Of a DNA stretch of 64,000 nucleotides, positions 25,501 to 38,454 are shown one piece after another. The notes under the pieces are model-generated. The model saw only the letters and a list, made by a program, of their open reading frames with translations. It made no database searches and had not been told where the DNA came from. The translations under genes and the position numbers were made by a program. How positions within the stretch are numbered: the stretch's first letter is position 1; each line of letters opens with the position of its first letter. Source of the stretch: Acanthaster planci (lineage: Eukaryota). Location of the stretch: contig NW_019091356.1 in NCBI RefSeq assembly GCF_001949145.1, forward strand, positions 2,612,932 to 2,676,931. The letters run 5' to 3'.

Positions 25501-26044
25501 GGAGCCATCAAAGCTCATGGGATCTTGGTCTAGTTTCATGGAGTAGGTAAGCAGAAAAGGCTGCTTTTCATGGCCACTTCTTGTTGAGCAGAGATCGGCT
25601 GTGAACCAGTCATGTGCAGTATTACATTGCATGACATTTCAGCCGGTAAACCCTTTTCTGTGCTAAGCGAGTGGTTTCTGTGCTGAACCCAACCCAACTG
25701 TGGCAACTCTGTCAAATTTTGCATTTACAGTCGCTGTCGGAATGCGTTACTCAAAAGGCTCATGATAAACTGTCTAAGTTGGGGAACCATGCCAAAACTT
25801 TAAACTACGCTTTTCCTGATCAGAACGATAGACGTTGCATTACTTTTGCCACCCATAGGATTGCGTGCCTATCCCAAAATAGAATCGTAACGTTCCGCTA
25901 TTTCTTGTTTTGTTTCTCTGACAAAGCATTTCAGACTTTGATGATATGCTGGAGGATCGCGAGCAAGAAGAAACACAACTGGCTCCAGACATCAACGAAC
26001 TCCTCAAGGACTTTGACACGTTCGACATGGATCCTATTCTTTAA
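4529..26044 (+). CDS. STAT5: STAT transcription factor, STAT5/6-like (about 789 aa using exon 13b and the distal terminal exon)
   Basis: Phase-consistent GT-AG exons: 4529-4659, 5015-5171, 5777-5863, 6183-6278, 8338-8422, 8925-9067, 9810-9961, 10139-10360, 10606-10671, 11065-11200, 11460-11501, 12153-12233, [14159-14257 or 14772-14864], 15296-15434, 16058-16119, 16331-16425, 17166-17305, 17874-18029, 18473-18539, 19613-19714, 25927-26044. Kozak context gccgccATG. Motifs: [18 protein letters not shown] (N-domain); [37 protein letters not shown] and VTEEKF (DNA-binding domain); [10 protein letters not shown] (SH2); DGYV (phosphotyrosine, TAC 18499-18501). The symbol denotes closest similarity, not one-to-one orthology. 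Confidence 0.95.
8283..8326 (+). repeat. (CT)n microsatellite forming the polypyrimidine tract of STAT exon 5
   Basis: tctctctc...ttttttt run ending 11 nt before the exon start at 8338. Confidence 0.9.
14159..14257 (+). CDS. STAT5: STAT exon 13a (duplicated DBD exon), [33 protein letters not shown]
   Basis: Acceptor ttttttttgcattctag and donor gtaagt; 99 nt, phase 0/0, no stop. 22 of the first 28 aa are identical to exon 13b. Confidence 0.85.
14772..14864 (+). CDS. STAT5: STAT exon 13b (STAT5-type DBD exon), [31 protein letters not shown]
   Basis: Acceptor tttatccaacag and donor gtaagt; 93 nt, phase 0/0. Closely matches vertebrate STAT5 [29 protein letters not shown]. Confidence 0.95.
16198..16292. 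repeat. Direct repeat, 32 bp x2, period 63
   Basis: TGTGGTTTTCTTTGCGGAAGTCTTAATCATTC occurs at 16198 and at 16261. Confidence 0.9.
16809..16867. mobile_element. Miniature palindromic element with piggyBac-like ends (TTAA-CCCT...AGGG-TTAA)
   Basis: The 26-nt arms TTAACCCTAACCCTCCTCAATCCTTC and GGAGGACTGAGGAGTGTTAGGGTTAA differ at 3 positions and enclose a 7-nt loop. Confidence 0.5.
17380..17474. repeat. C-rich low-complexity tract in STAT intron 17
   Basis: Many C4-C8 runs. Confidence 0.8.
20289..20316 (+). CDS. Candidate short alternative STAT terminal exon, (G)LKQEPGEE*
   Basis: Acceptor ...ctctgttcggcag. Read in the phase of the exon 20 donor it gives 8 further codons and TAG. The pyrimidine tract is weak. 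Confidence 0.3.
21810..21840 (+). CDS. Candidate short alternative STAT terminal exon, (G)GMDAASPPS*
   Basis: Long T-rich tract at about 21753-21790, then ctctgctgcag. About 3 kb of UTR-like sequence follows, with AATAAA at 22278, 23486 and 24799. Confidence 0.45.
25927..26044 (+). CDS. STAT5: Distal STAT terminal exon encoding an acidic transactivation domain, (G)[38 protein letters not shown]
   Basis: Pyrimidine tract plus aag acceptor, in phase with exon 20. The acidic/hydrophobic pattern (DINELLKD) resembles STAT5 HVEELLRR, and total length then matches STAT5. AATAAA at 29997 and 30080. Confidence 0.8.
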
Positions 26045-29000
26045 GATGAAAAGGTCCAAGGTTAACAGGTCACTGGGCCCCAGGGGTCGCTCTTGTAAAT
26101 TTTGTATGTGCTCCCTGAGGGCAAGCTCTGTGGAGTTGATAGTTAATAATCAGGAAAAGCCTTGTTGCTGTTAAGCAAAGTTAAAATGAAGTCGCACATC
26201 TTGTGACTAATTTTGTCCAGCCCATTTTATGCTTTGTGCCTAAATTGGCTAACCCTGGAAACCACTCATTGTCTGTACACCTAATGACTTGTTCGGTTGG
26301 TGACCTTGTTTTGTCGCTGAAGCGAGTTCCCATCACTGCCTCCACGTGATTGGCCTCAGGTCTGTACATGTACATAGTCGTTTTTACTAACTTTCAAGAA
26401 TCGGCACACAGTGGTCACAGACTGGTATTTCTGCTATGCCGTTATACTCTGCAGGTTACAGTCTACTGGCAATGCTGCCTCTCCATACTGTTCCGCAGAG
26501 TTCTAGAGAGAGCAGACACTCTTGATTTAATTCATGAGTGCTGTAGAATACGGACCCATCCTCTGGGGTGCAACAAGGGTATGTTGCCTGCAGCTCAGTG
26601 CGTAGCAGGGAAAAGCCAAGTTGGCTCATTGAGAGAATATCCTTTGTAAATAAGTATTACCTGCCAAAATGATGGTTAATGTGGCAATTTGTCAGAATTT
26701 AATGTAGGTGGGGGATATTCCTACAAAGATTCACTACTTGTTAATGACAGTAGGTGAAAGAGTTCCTCATGTCGCAGGTACATTAATTTTGAACCCATCA
26801 GAAATGGACGAGCACGACTTTTGAACAAACAGAAAGTGAAAATGTAGACAAATCTTTCACCAAAACTTGAATGGTACTGACCAGCTAAGTTACGAGTTCT
26901 ATCTTCATGCAGAACTCACTAGTTTCAGTGTAATGTGTCAAAATGTCCAGTGGCAGGAATAAGCACACGTGACTGAGTTTCTTAGAGTGTGTAAGCAGAA
27001 AAACAGGCTCTGGTAATTTGTAAACTAAGTAGAAATTTGTGAAAGTTACAGGGAGTGAGTTGAGCATGACACTTTTGGCCTTCCCTCTGTTTCTGCTAAG
27101 CAGAAACTTGTTTGTGCTCATGTATGTGATTGTTTGCCTGGGCTCTCTTTGTATTAAAGAGTGCAGTTTTTAGAAATTGGACATGAATCGTGGGCTTAAC
27201 CTTCCCAGGACTACTGATATTGGAATTTTTGATGATTTTTTTTTCTTTGTCAATTTTCGCTGTGTTTGAATCTAACTCTACCTGGACAAAATATGTGATG
27301 GACTTTTTTCTCACAATGTTGCCCGAGTTTAAATATGTAAAAATAGAACCAACAGGTCAGCTGATGAGTATGTATCTCCATGCGCTTGACTTTATTGGTG
27401 GATATGAAGGAGGTGGTTTTTGGTAATTTTTAGTATTTTTTTTTTGGTGAAAAAGTTGTGACAGTGCTCATAGGCTGTGTCCATATGTTATGGTTGTGGC
27501 TGTTCCCCATAGACTTTGTGTTCCTCCTAGCCATAGCTGTTTGGTTTTGACATAGCCTTTATGGAGTTGTGCTTTCACAAGCTTTTACACTGTTTGCTCT
27601 TGTATTACCCCCCCCAAAAAAAAACTGCCGTACACAGAATTTAAGTACACTGATACCTCTGATGGAAGTGAGCAGTAATGTCCTGTTTTTATCGCTTTTA
27701 ATTTTTAATCACGTCGGTGTATACATACAATTGGTGTGCTCTGTGTGTTACGTAATATGTATACATGTATATGTTGTCAGTTTCACATATTCATTTAAAA
27801 TTAGTCCAGTCAGGTTGTAGCTAGTATACAGTGATGTAAACTCAGCCTGTAAGTGGCTTTGCATGTTGGCACGGCTTATCAAAAAGTGACTACCAGAAAA
27901 CCGACAGCCAGAACGTTTTCCACACCTCCAGGGAGATCAAAACTGAACTATTTCTGTGTACATTTGTTACACAGCTCTTTGTGATGTTTGCGTGCCACAA
28001 TCCTCACCTCCTGTACAGCACCAATGTGATTGACGACCAGTGTTTATTTATGTTGTATTCTGGAAACTTAGAAAGACAGAAAAAAAAAATTATCAAAAAT
28101 ATTTGCCCACAGAATTATTTTTATATTGTTTTTCAGCCTGAAGCATTGTTGAAAAATGAATCCTGGCTAAAATTCAAGCCCACAGTTTTTACAGTATTTT
28201 TGAATGGATCTCCAGACTGCACTGGCCTGCTGCTGATACTTTCTTTTGGGTCTCGATGTCCCAGTTTTGTCTGTGTAAAGAGCAAGCTGCTGCTTCACTC
28301 AAACATTTGGGAGATTGATTTAGATTTTGGCAAGCTTCCTATCGAATAATATGTACGGAGTTAGGGGGTTAAGCAATCCATAAATTAAGCTGGGATTTGA
28401 AGTGTATACTTCGAAGCGAGAAAGACAAAAACTTTATCCAACATTTGCTGGACTCCCCCCACCGTGTGTTTCACCTGAGAATATAAAATTAACGACGAGA
28501 GAGGGGGCTTTTGCAAACAATTGGAAATTCTACCTTGTAATGGAAAGTCTTTTTATGAGGGGTGAAGATAGAAATGTCAACCCCTTCAAACAAGCTGAGT
28601 GAAGCATACTGTTAAAAATTTTATTTTGGTACCTCTGCTGCTTGCATTTCGTCTTGTTGAGTATACGCTTGCAGGAAAAGTTTAGTATTTGTACCTAAAG
28701 CATTGTTCTGTCCCTTGTCATGCGGACCATTTAGTCATATGCAGCTGCGAATCTTGAATTCTGTTATGAACAACTGTTGTAAATTGTAATGCTTCTCTGA
28801 CGCATGGGTGTGTGTGGTGTTTCCCTGTGAGCTGGCCGGCATACCTTCTGAATAATTAAATGCTTCCATATTAAAAACCCGAGGTATGCTGGAGTCTTGA
28901 TCAAATCCTTTCCTTTCTGCCCATATCCCCGAATGGTGCTGATGGCTACTTTAAGTTGTCTCATTATATTTGTAGTGACTGTACAAATCATTGTAGAAAT

Positions 29001-29070
29001 CAAGTAGTATGAATTTCTTTCAAATTTAGAGCTTTGTTCTTTGTGTACTGAACAATTTAAGAGTAGATAT

Positions 29071-29368
29071 TAGGCTTGGGCAACTTCCCAACTGTTCTGT
29101 AATTAATGTCACTTGTTTTGGGTAGATTGACTCCAAATTTCCAAGAAACAAGGGGAAAAAATTCATAATACTGTTGAACTAAACTATACAGTTGTGAGTC
29201 ATTGGGAATTTGAAGTTATCACAGTAGCGACGTGAAATTGCTTTTGGAGTCTTTGGACTTGAGGGGGGGGGAGGAACCGAGGTCAGACAGAAAGGAATTG
29301 GAGTCCTTTTTAAAAGAAGAAAAAGCTAATTGAGATCCTGTGATTCTGAACTGGAATTGCCCAACCTA
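29071..29368. mobile_element. Possible degenerate hAT-like MITE
   Basis: The ends TAGGCTTGGGCAACTTCC and GGAATTGCCCAACCTA are imperfect inverted repeats. No clear TSD. Confidence 0.4.
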
Positions 29369-31509
29369 GTGCTGTAGATGAATAGATTTTTAGGCCAGAA
29401 TATATTTTTAGGCCAGTGTAGATAAAAAAAACTACATTAACAGACTAATCAACGAATGTGAATATATGAAGCTGGTAACAAACATTTGTCTTGTTTGACA
29501 CATGCCAGTTATACTTCAAAACTGACCCACGGTTGATTTGGCTGAAGAGACTTACGCAAATCACGATCAAATATTTTGTGTACTTTACATCAAAAGAAAA
29601 TGAATAATTTCATTGCCATTAAGGTAGGGTTGGCCAAAATCTACCTGCCGGTAGGCACTTACCTTTAATGGAAGTGAAATGCCTCATCTGTCGATGAAAT
29701 ACCTGGTCAACATTTCTGTGACTTTTTTTTAGGACAGAACACTTCCACTGGGGATTCACTACCATTTGACTTCCCCTAAGATGAATTTTCTGGGTAAAAA
29801 AAAAAAAAAAGTCATTTGAAGTAAGTAAAACTTTTTGAATGTTTTCCAATGAACATTCAAACCATCTACATTACCACTACTTGGACACAGAGCTGAACTG
29901 TGATTTCAGTGCAGTTTTATTTTCATGTAATGTTATTCATTAGTATTGGTGTAGCATTGCAGACCCTTTGCTTTGTGTATCAAGTGCTGTAAACTGAATA
30001 AAGCAGGCAGTGTTTAAAAAATTTCTGCTGTTATGTTTTATTTTTAAAATAGCGATTTGAATGGGTTCTTATTTGTAATAATAAAGCTTTTTTAATCAAA
30101 TTGTTATTTTGAGACGTAAGGGGTACAGTGTCCAATATTTCTCATATTCCCTCCTCTAAAAGTCTAAATTTCTATATGCAAACCAATCCAAACCTCCAAG
30201 TTAATACCTTCTCCACATTAAAGACATGCAAAGTAACACTGGGCACCTTCAGAGCTGGACCGCGACATGGCAGATCTGATGCGATGATGCTGATGAATGC
30301 ATCATAACCAACGCCACTCATACACAATGCGGAACATATAGCTTAACGGAAACAGTTGAAGAGAAGGATCTGCAAATTTTCACAAAGAGGTAATAGAGAT
30401 TTTCGTCACAGTGTGTGGCAGCAGTCCAGAAAGGAAACCGAGCCCTGCGGATGATCTCAGCTACAGAAGTCCTGAGCGGCAGACCCCACCTGGAGTTCAC
30501 ATGAAGAAAGATGAGATCTTAGAAAAAGTACATGTGGGGGGCAACCAGCTCATCCCAAGTCTTCACAGGCCTTGTCTTATGACTAGAGTTAGGCACCACC
30601 TGACTGCCAGAACTAGAAACAGTTCAGGGAGAGGGGGGGGCTTATCCAGACCGAATTATGACTCAAATCAACAGGATCGATCAGCCTAAACTCAGTGTTT
30701 CAGAAAGCTGACCACCATACCAGAGGTGATTCACACGTCCGAATTAAGACTTGATACCAGAAAACCTTTCTACAGCCAAATGGTTGTGGATACTGGAATA
30801 ACTGCTCGTTAACTTGCATCCTGGCACCCACACTTCCCTCTTCATGACATGAAATGGAGGTGTGGCCTTCAAGATATGTTCGAGATATGTATACAAAATG
30901 AAAGGGTGGTGATGAACAGTCCAAAGATTTTCCACCATCAGTGCATGTTGCTTTGTACACAGTGTTCCTCTATGCACTAATATCTATACACACTGTATAC
31001 ATACATGTACATGTACGTGAGTCATGTAAAGTATACATTGTAGGGATTTCCAGAGCTACAACTAGGTCTGTGCTGGGTCCTAGCTAACCCTACAGGTCAT
31101 AGTTCACTCCAGCTACCTGCTGTTGTGGCTCTATGGGTATACAGAAGCAATGGGGACTGCATATCCATCTTTGTGTATCAGGATCAATATACCATGGCTC
31201 TATTGTTACATGACACACATCATAGTTCGCACCAGTACAAGCTACATGTACAGTGTACATGTAGTACACCAGCATAGTACATGTACTCTGCTGATAGAGT
31301 AACACACATGACATAGTACATTGTTGGTACAGTGACTTTCCTTGCTCTGTGCTCAGTACCCTAAAGATGGCAGACATTGCCACAGCTAGGTTATCTATTT
31401 GATCTATGGGTATTTGCATTTCCAGTGGTCTAGATAATGTGGAGTTATGTGCATGCTGCAGCTCTGTGACATTTGCTACATCCTGATCGACAGGTAGGGT
31501 GCATATGTT

Positions 31510-31684
31510 CAGTCTAACCTTGTTAATAAGAGCACTGTTAATACAAGAGTGTGCTTATAACGAGGATAATCATAGGTCCCAATCCTTTGTTTATCATTGT
31601 TTTCATTCCTGATAATGCAAGGTTCCTGTTATAACAAGGTAATTTGCCAAGTCCGATGGGCCTTTTATTAATGAGGTTCGACTG
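31510..31684. mobile_element. Tc1/mariner (pogo/Tigger-like) MITE
   Basis: TIRs CAGTCTAACCTTGTTAATAA and TTATTAATGAGGTTCGACTG, the latter followed by TA (left flank is TT). Internal TTATAAC(G/A)AGG subrepeats. Confidence 0.7.
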
Positions 31685-31981
31685 TACTTGTTGCTACTTC
31701 TTTTTATCAAAAGCGATAAAGTTTTGTATGTCACAAAAAATGGAAGTTGAGCAGTTTTTGAGAAATGTCAGGGTTCAATCTGTGTTGCTGATTGAGGTGC
31801 AAGATCGATTTGCATGCATGGTCTTGAGGGTAGCTAGCTATTAAGTTCAAAGTGTATTGCAGACAACTTACATGCAGGTAAGTAAAGAAAATATTGATTG
31901 ATGGGATTGATGAGATTCATAATCTACTGCAGTATTGCCTCATTTTCTGTTTTATTTGGGCTAAGATTCACTTGAAGAAGC

Positions 31982-34900
31982 ATGGCTTCCTGGCTGGTAG
32001 TTGTTGCTGCACTGGTAGCCTTTGCTGGCTTGGTCGTGTACCTCATGGACCAGGTCTACCTAGACGTGAGCGGCCGCTACGTATTCGTCACCGGCTGCGA
32101 CTCGGGCTTTGGTAACATCCTAGCCAAGTACCTGGGCCGGAAGCGGGGCTGTCACGTGATTGCAGGCTGCCTGACGCAAGCTGGTGTGGATAACCTCATG
32201 TCCTGTGCCCCCAAGGGGACAGTGACGGCCATTCAGATTGATGTGACCAACACCGAGAGCATTCTCCGGGCTCGCGACACAGTGACAAAAATTGTGGCTG
32301 GAAAAGGCAAGCATGAGTTTTACTGGAAGGACATACAGTGTAACACTTTACATGTAATATTAGTATCCAATTAAACTCCAAAACAAAACCACAGCCATTA
32401 AACGTAACAGGAGATCTAGCCAATGATTGTTAGGCGAGGGTTGTGTAAATATTATAAACAAGCAGATTAGTGTCATGGGACTGCAATTACAATGTGACAC
32501 CTCAGGTTGTGTATTAATTGACTCAGTCTGCCCACCAGAACACCTTAAAAACAGTCCATGTGAACACAGCCTTTTCCAGGGCCTTTTCGTTAGATACACC
32601 TTTTTGCAACTGCGTACTCTTCTCTATTTTATGAAAACTATGTGACATCTTCTTGAGCTGAAGTGTATGTAAAAGTGCACTTTGTAAAACTTTTTGAATT
32701 GTTCATGCTTTCCAAGAGAACAGAAATTGTTGTTTTTGTGATGCTATTCAGTAAAGACACTGTTCAGTTTATGAGTTTATCTCTTGAAAGTGTAAAGTTA
32801 AAATTTCCTCCTTGAAAACATTTCTTAGAAAGAACTATTCATTGATCTCAAGCCACAGTGGGTTTCCAAGAAAAGAGGCAATTTGCATTGTAAAATACAA
32901 ACACATCCATTATTTCTGGTACTAAAATCAATGCAACATACAAACTTTTCTTCCTAGAATGACATCACAATTTTGCTCATGAATAATTAAGTCCACATTA
33001 AAATAAAAGAATGACACCAAAATATCCATTGTAAAAGTAACAAAATGAAACTTTGAAATAAGGTTAATTGAAACAAGTAGGTTTATTTTCAGGGGTTCCG
33101 GCTGTCTTAAAAAAAATACACTGCGTAGATTCTTTAACTGTAGATGTTTTATTCTCCACTTGCATGAACAGGTCTATGGGGTCTGATCAACAATGCTGGT
33201 GTGCCTGGTAACCCAGTCCCTTATCACTGGCTCAAGAAGCGAGAAATGCAGCACATTCTGGACGTCAACCTGATGGGTACCGTGGAGGTCACCAACATCT
33301 TTTTCCCCCTGTTGCGTCAGGCCCAAGGGCGAATCATCAACTTGTCCAGTGCCACTGCAGTATTCCCAATCAGAGCTGGGGCCTACTCCATGTCCAAGAT
33401 AGGGGTGGATGCGTTCTCAGACATAATGCGGTGAGTGAAGGAATGACAAAAGATTTTTTTGAATTTAGAACGTTGTCCTGTAACTAACGTGGCAGTTTTT
33501 TCCCAGCAATTATGGAAGGACAGTGTCATGTGACACACAATCTAATGGAACCATAGAAACATGCCCAATTTGAAGTTAGAATTCTTAACTGTTTTAAACC
33601 TCCCTGAATCATCAGTAAGATACTTTGTACACATGCAAAGTTTCTACTCAATCCTTTCTTGTGATTCTTGAGATAATTAGTGATTTTATTGCAATGTCAT
33701 ATGACTACCGATAATGTCGTCATGATGAAAAGCTCTGAGACACATCCTCAGATGATGATCAACACAGACTGAAGATAATTTGATTGAGATTAGTCCCAAC
33801 AGTGAAACCAAGAACCGAAAATGTGTCCAAACATATGGAGAAGGTTGGGAAAGAGAAAGAAAGAAAGAAAAATAAAGAGAAAAAATCCCAAGGAAAATAG
33901 CTGTTCACGATCAAAATCAGGATCAGCTAATGAAGTGTAAATAAGTGACTGGATTTGTTAAATTTTTGTTTTTTTAATTTCTACACAGCGTCAGCTCCAA
34001 AGCATTCGGTGTGACAGTTCATATTCTTGAGCCCGGCTACTTTAGAACAAATGTTACATCTGTGGACACGATCATACCTGCAATTGAGAGTGCGTGGAAC
34101 AGGCTACCACAGCAAGAGAAGGATATCTATGGCCAACAGTATATTGATACATGTAAATATGAATGCCATGGGATTCATCCCTCTCTCCACCCTCGCAACT
34201 TCTTACAAATCCATCCAGAGATATAGTAAGGTTTCAGAAGATTATCTGCAATAGTCCCAATGCATTCTTGACGAGAACTTCTCTGTATCTTTAAAAATCT
34301 TCCACTGTGCGAGAAAGTAGTGGAACATTTGTATTGTACTTCAACTCTCAAGGAGCTCAGGACAGTTACACATATCATATCTTGTCATAGTTGTCTGTTT
34401 TTACTTCCTTTGAAATCCACCCAAGTTTCTTGATGTATTTCGTAGGAGCTGAGAGGATGAGGTTTACCAAAGGTTTAGTCCAGCCACTCGTACGGTACCT
34501 AGGATGCAGTTGGACAGATTAGGTACAAAGAATTCCTTGTAAAGTGATGAACTTTGGAAGACACATAGAGGTGTAAAAATAAATACCCAGTGTACTTGGC
34601 AGAGGATACCGACTAAAAACATAAGCTATTATCTTGACAACACATGAGCATCTTGAAAACTTATACTGCCTCCAGGTGCAGAAGTCTGGTATAAATGTTT
34701 TATGGAGCAGTTCTGAATAATTATATTCACAGTAGTCTACAGATCAGTTAAAACTTTTTGAGCTGCTGAGAAAAAAAATACCCTTCTCATCTGCTAAACT
34801 TAAAGTAAAAACCAAACAGAAAAAAAGCACATTTGTTACAACAAATTGTTCATATTGTTATATTAATAACACTGTATGAATCTCTCAAAGTGTTTCTTTC

Positions 34901-35290
34901 TTGTAGGAATGCGATGGCTGTTTACAACCTAATGTACATGTTAATTTTTGCTATTGGCATGTCAAAGCAACTAACTGCCATTCAGGTTTCACTCTGACAA
35001 TCTCTCTTACATGCACTGCAGTGAAGGAAAAGGCAAAGCTCATCCTGGACACTTCGTCACCAGCCCTCCACCTGGTCACCAATGCCATGGAGCACGCCCT
35101 CTGTGCCCGATGGCCCTGGCGACGCTATCTGCCTGGCAAGGACATCAAGTTTCTCTACAAGCCCCTCTCCATGCTGCCGGCCTGGCTGGCCGATTTCCTC
35201 GTTTGCAAGCTTGCTGAAATCCCTGTGGCTCAACCTAAGCCGACCGCTGTGGTGACTTACGCAGCCGACAATAACCATGGTGATTTGTAA
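31982..35290 (+). CDS. Microsomal short-chain dehydrogenase/reductase, SDR9C family (RDH16/HSD17B6/DHRS9-like), 338 aa
   Basis: Exons 31982-32306, 33172-33430, 33989-34152 and 35022-35290 are phase-consistent. N-terminal hydrophobic anchor; VFVTGCDSGFG (Rossmann fold); GLWGLINNAG; catalytic YSMSK; ILEPGYFRT; EHAL...P..RY.PG.D. Probable 5'UTR intron at 31878-31965. Confidence 0.93.
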
Positions 35291-38200
35291 ACCACTGTTG
35301 CTGTTTTTATATCCATTGGGATATAATGTCTGCCTGTTCACTTGGTTTGGGTGTTTTGTACACTGGAGAACTGCATCTGACGTTGACATTACATGGGGCA
35401 TAGTGGTGTGCATATATCAGATTGGAAATAGGGCACCCATTGAAGTAAACCATGGATACCAGCAAAAATACTCATGAAAGAAGTTTAAGCCCAACATTCA
35501 AAGAGAACAAAAAAACAGTATGTGCGGTAAACAACACAACTGTCAATTGCGTCCTCAAAAAGTTCATCAAAAATCTTTATATATATCTGCATGAAATCCA
35601 TTACAGCATTTCATGTAGTGTGCTCTTTTTAAAAACATTTCCATACAAATATCTCCAAAAAAACTTTCTTCTTTTTATGACAAGTTTTTATGGGAAATGG
35701 GCTGCACTCGTGTAGTGGGCCCTACCTTAAAAATATTAGGTCTGAGATGCCCTTTTGATGCGCGTTGCTTACAATGTGCACATCATAATGGGTGCAATAG
35801 TAGCACTCTGTAATAAAAAACTAGGTACTTCCAGTGTCTGTAACCCTCATTCATAAATACCTAAGACAGCTTAGCCATCCCTATTGGTTTAGAGCCGTCA
35901 TTTGGTAGGTCTTAAAAAGTTGCACTACCTCAAGGGTGTGGGTTGGGGGGGGAAGGGTGTAGATGCAACCCTCCATCAGCAGAAGGGAGTTCTGCTTGAG
36001 GTGTCATATTTTTATTTTTTAAACCAAACAGCAGTACGTTATTTTATTAAAGTGAAAGTATGTGGGGTTTTGATACACGATGACCGAAAAATAAAATAGC
36101 AAATACATGTATCTGGGGCAATCTGCTATTCGCATGCGGTCTTAATTGCCTTCCTCTTTTAAATGCTGGAAGTTGGAGTTCTGCTTTCGTGAAAATCACA
36201 ACCTCTCCTGGGGCCAAACCAGCCTACGCCCCTGTAGTATGAGACACGTGTGCCAATCTCCATGTAAGGAGATTGTAGACTGGTTCGCATCCCATACATA
36301 GCCTCTGAACATAGGGACCGGTAGTGGGTAATGAATCCGGCAGAATCCTGCCGGGTGTGTGTAAATGAGGAAATGATGCCCGCTCATTGCACACAATCGA
36401 GCAGGAGCTGATAGGATATTTTGTTTCTTCTTCATTGCCGAAAATAACTTCACCATAACTTGCTCAGTAATCTAAAATTTAACAGTTACCACAGATTTAT
36501 CGATGATAATCATTGAAAAATATATTACCACACTGTGATCAACAGAGGCTTAGCAAGGATAAATACTTGTGTTTTATTTGCCTCTGCGCTGAAATGTCAT
36601 GTTAAAAGCATTGTTATTGGCCTGACAAAATCTTAAATATTCAGCATCCAAATTGATAGGGCTAATCGTACACGTTGAACCTCAGCTAGCTACCAGTCCC
36701 TATTTAATAGAGATGGGGACCAGTCCAAGGAGATTGGCATTAATGACTGCTGGTGAGAAGCACATGCCATAACATGGCTACAGGGGTGTCTGAAAAATAT
36801 GTAAGTAAAACTGCTCAACAAATAATTGGAAAGTTTAAAATTTCAAACCAGGCTTGCAACTTGAAGTTTGACCCCCCCCAAAAAAACAAGGGAATGCCAA
36901 TCTTTACAAGATTTTGTTTCCAATGTTTAATGGCATGACTTTGAAGTGAAAAACAAGGAGGTCAGCTGATCAGAGGAAAAGTCCCATGCCTGTAAAACTA
37001 ATTTTGACTCTCTGACTCGGGAATTATTCACAAATGGGAATAAACTATGTGCTTTGACTGGTCTTAAATGTTCGTTCGAAACAAGCTCAGGCGACTGGAC
37101 ACTGGTAATGTCCCCCGCCTGCGGCTCATGTATTATCAATGTCCATTTTCTTGATCCAGTCTCAAGCAGTTGCATATGTGTACGTAGACTTACCATGTGT
37201 ACAGGAACATGAAGATGGGTGTTGTGCATTTTCATGTTGTAACATGGTGGTGTAGAGGGCGCTCTTTTCAACTATCTGCTGGCACCATGCCAGAAGTAAT
37301 AATGCCATGTTGCAATAAATTTAGATTTGCTGATCTGTTTGATTTAATTACATGACCAGACAAGGATAGGACTAACAACAGAGTTTGAAACACGAGAGTA
37401 AGGTGTCCTATACTTCACAAATCTTCAAAATTGCTATACATTTTACAAACCGACCCGCACCACCAAGTTAAATTACAGCATTTTTATTCATTTTATCAGC
37501 AACATTTACATTCAAATTTACAAAACAAAAAAATGCATCTCACATCAGGAATTATCTTGAACACGTATTACAATTGGAAAATTATATCTTTAAAAAAGAA
37601 ACGTCTACAAACAAACACATTTAACAAGGATTTTGAGAATAACTATGGACTTTTCGAGGTCAAACACCAGTGAACAGTGGAAAGCTTGGGTTCTATTGGA
37701 TTAGGCCAAGGCAAGTCTGAACAAGAAATGCTGTTAACAAAGGACTTCACAAATAATACTGAACTGCCATGTCTCTTGGCATGACCAGAAGTACCAGAAA
37801 GATTTTCTGAGTGTTTGATTGAAAAACAAAAACAGAAACAAACATTGAGAAGAAAGCACATTCCTTATTTTCATGCTAAATACAAGTGACACTCAAATTC
37901 ACTGTCGATGGTAATTTTTAACATTCTAATCCTCCAGAAGACAAGGGGGACATCGCTATGCAATATATATTTTTATGCACAGACATCATTACAAGGTTTT
38001 GGATTAGAGGCCATTGTATGAAACGTAATAATTTCAATTTTTTGAAACGATCAAAAACCAAGAAAAGATTGAACAAGCACCAAGCCTTTCCTTACTCTGC
38101 AATGGATAGCTTAGCTTCTATTTATTATCATTACTACAATCTCGACCATAAATTGCCTATTCCTGGCCTTAAAAGAAACGTGCACTCTACCAAAGTTTGA

Positions 38201-38454
38201 GCACAAAACAAAGTATTATAGATACAGTTGTACTAGGTCAACAGCTCATTGGATGAAATCCTCCGTAACAAATGCTGAACAATTTTACTTTGAAACTTGA
38301 GCAATTGATGATAGCAGAAATACCGCAGGTCACTTCAGCAACTTTGCACAAATTAATCATTGACACTATTGCTGAAATGTAAACTTCAGTAAACCTTACA
38401 TTTAAAGGCGATGCTTACTGCTGCGGGTGATGTGTTCACGAGAACCAACAAGGC

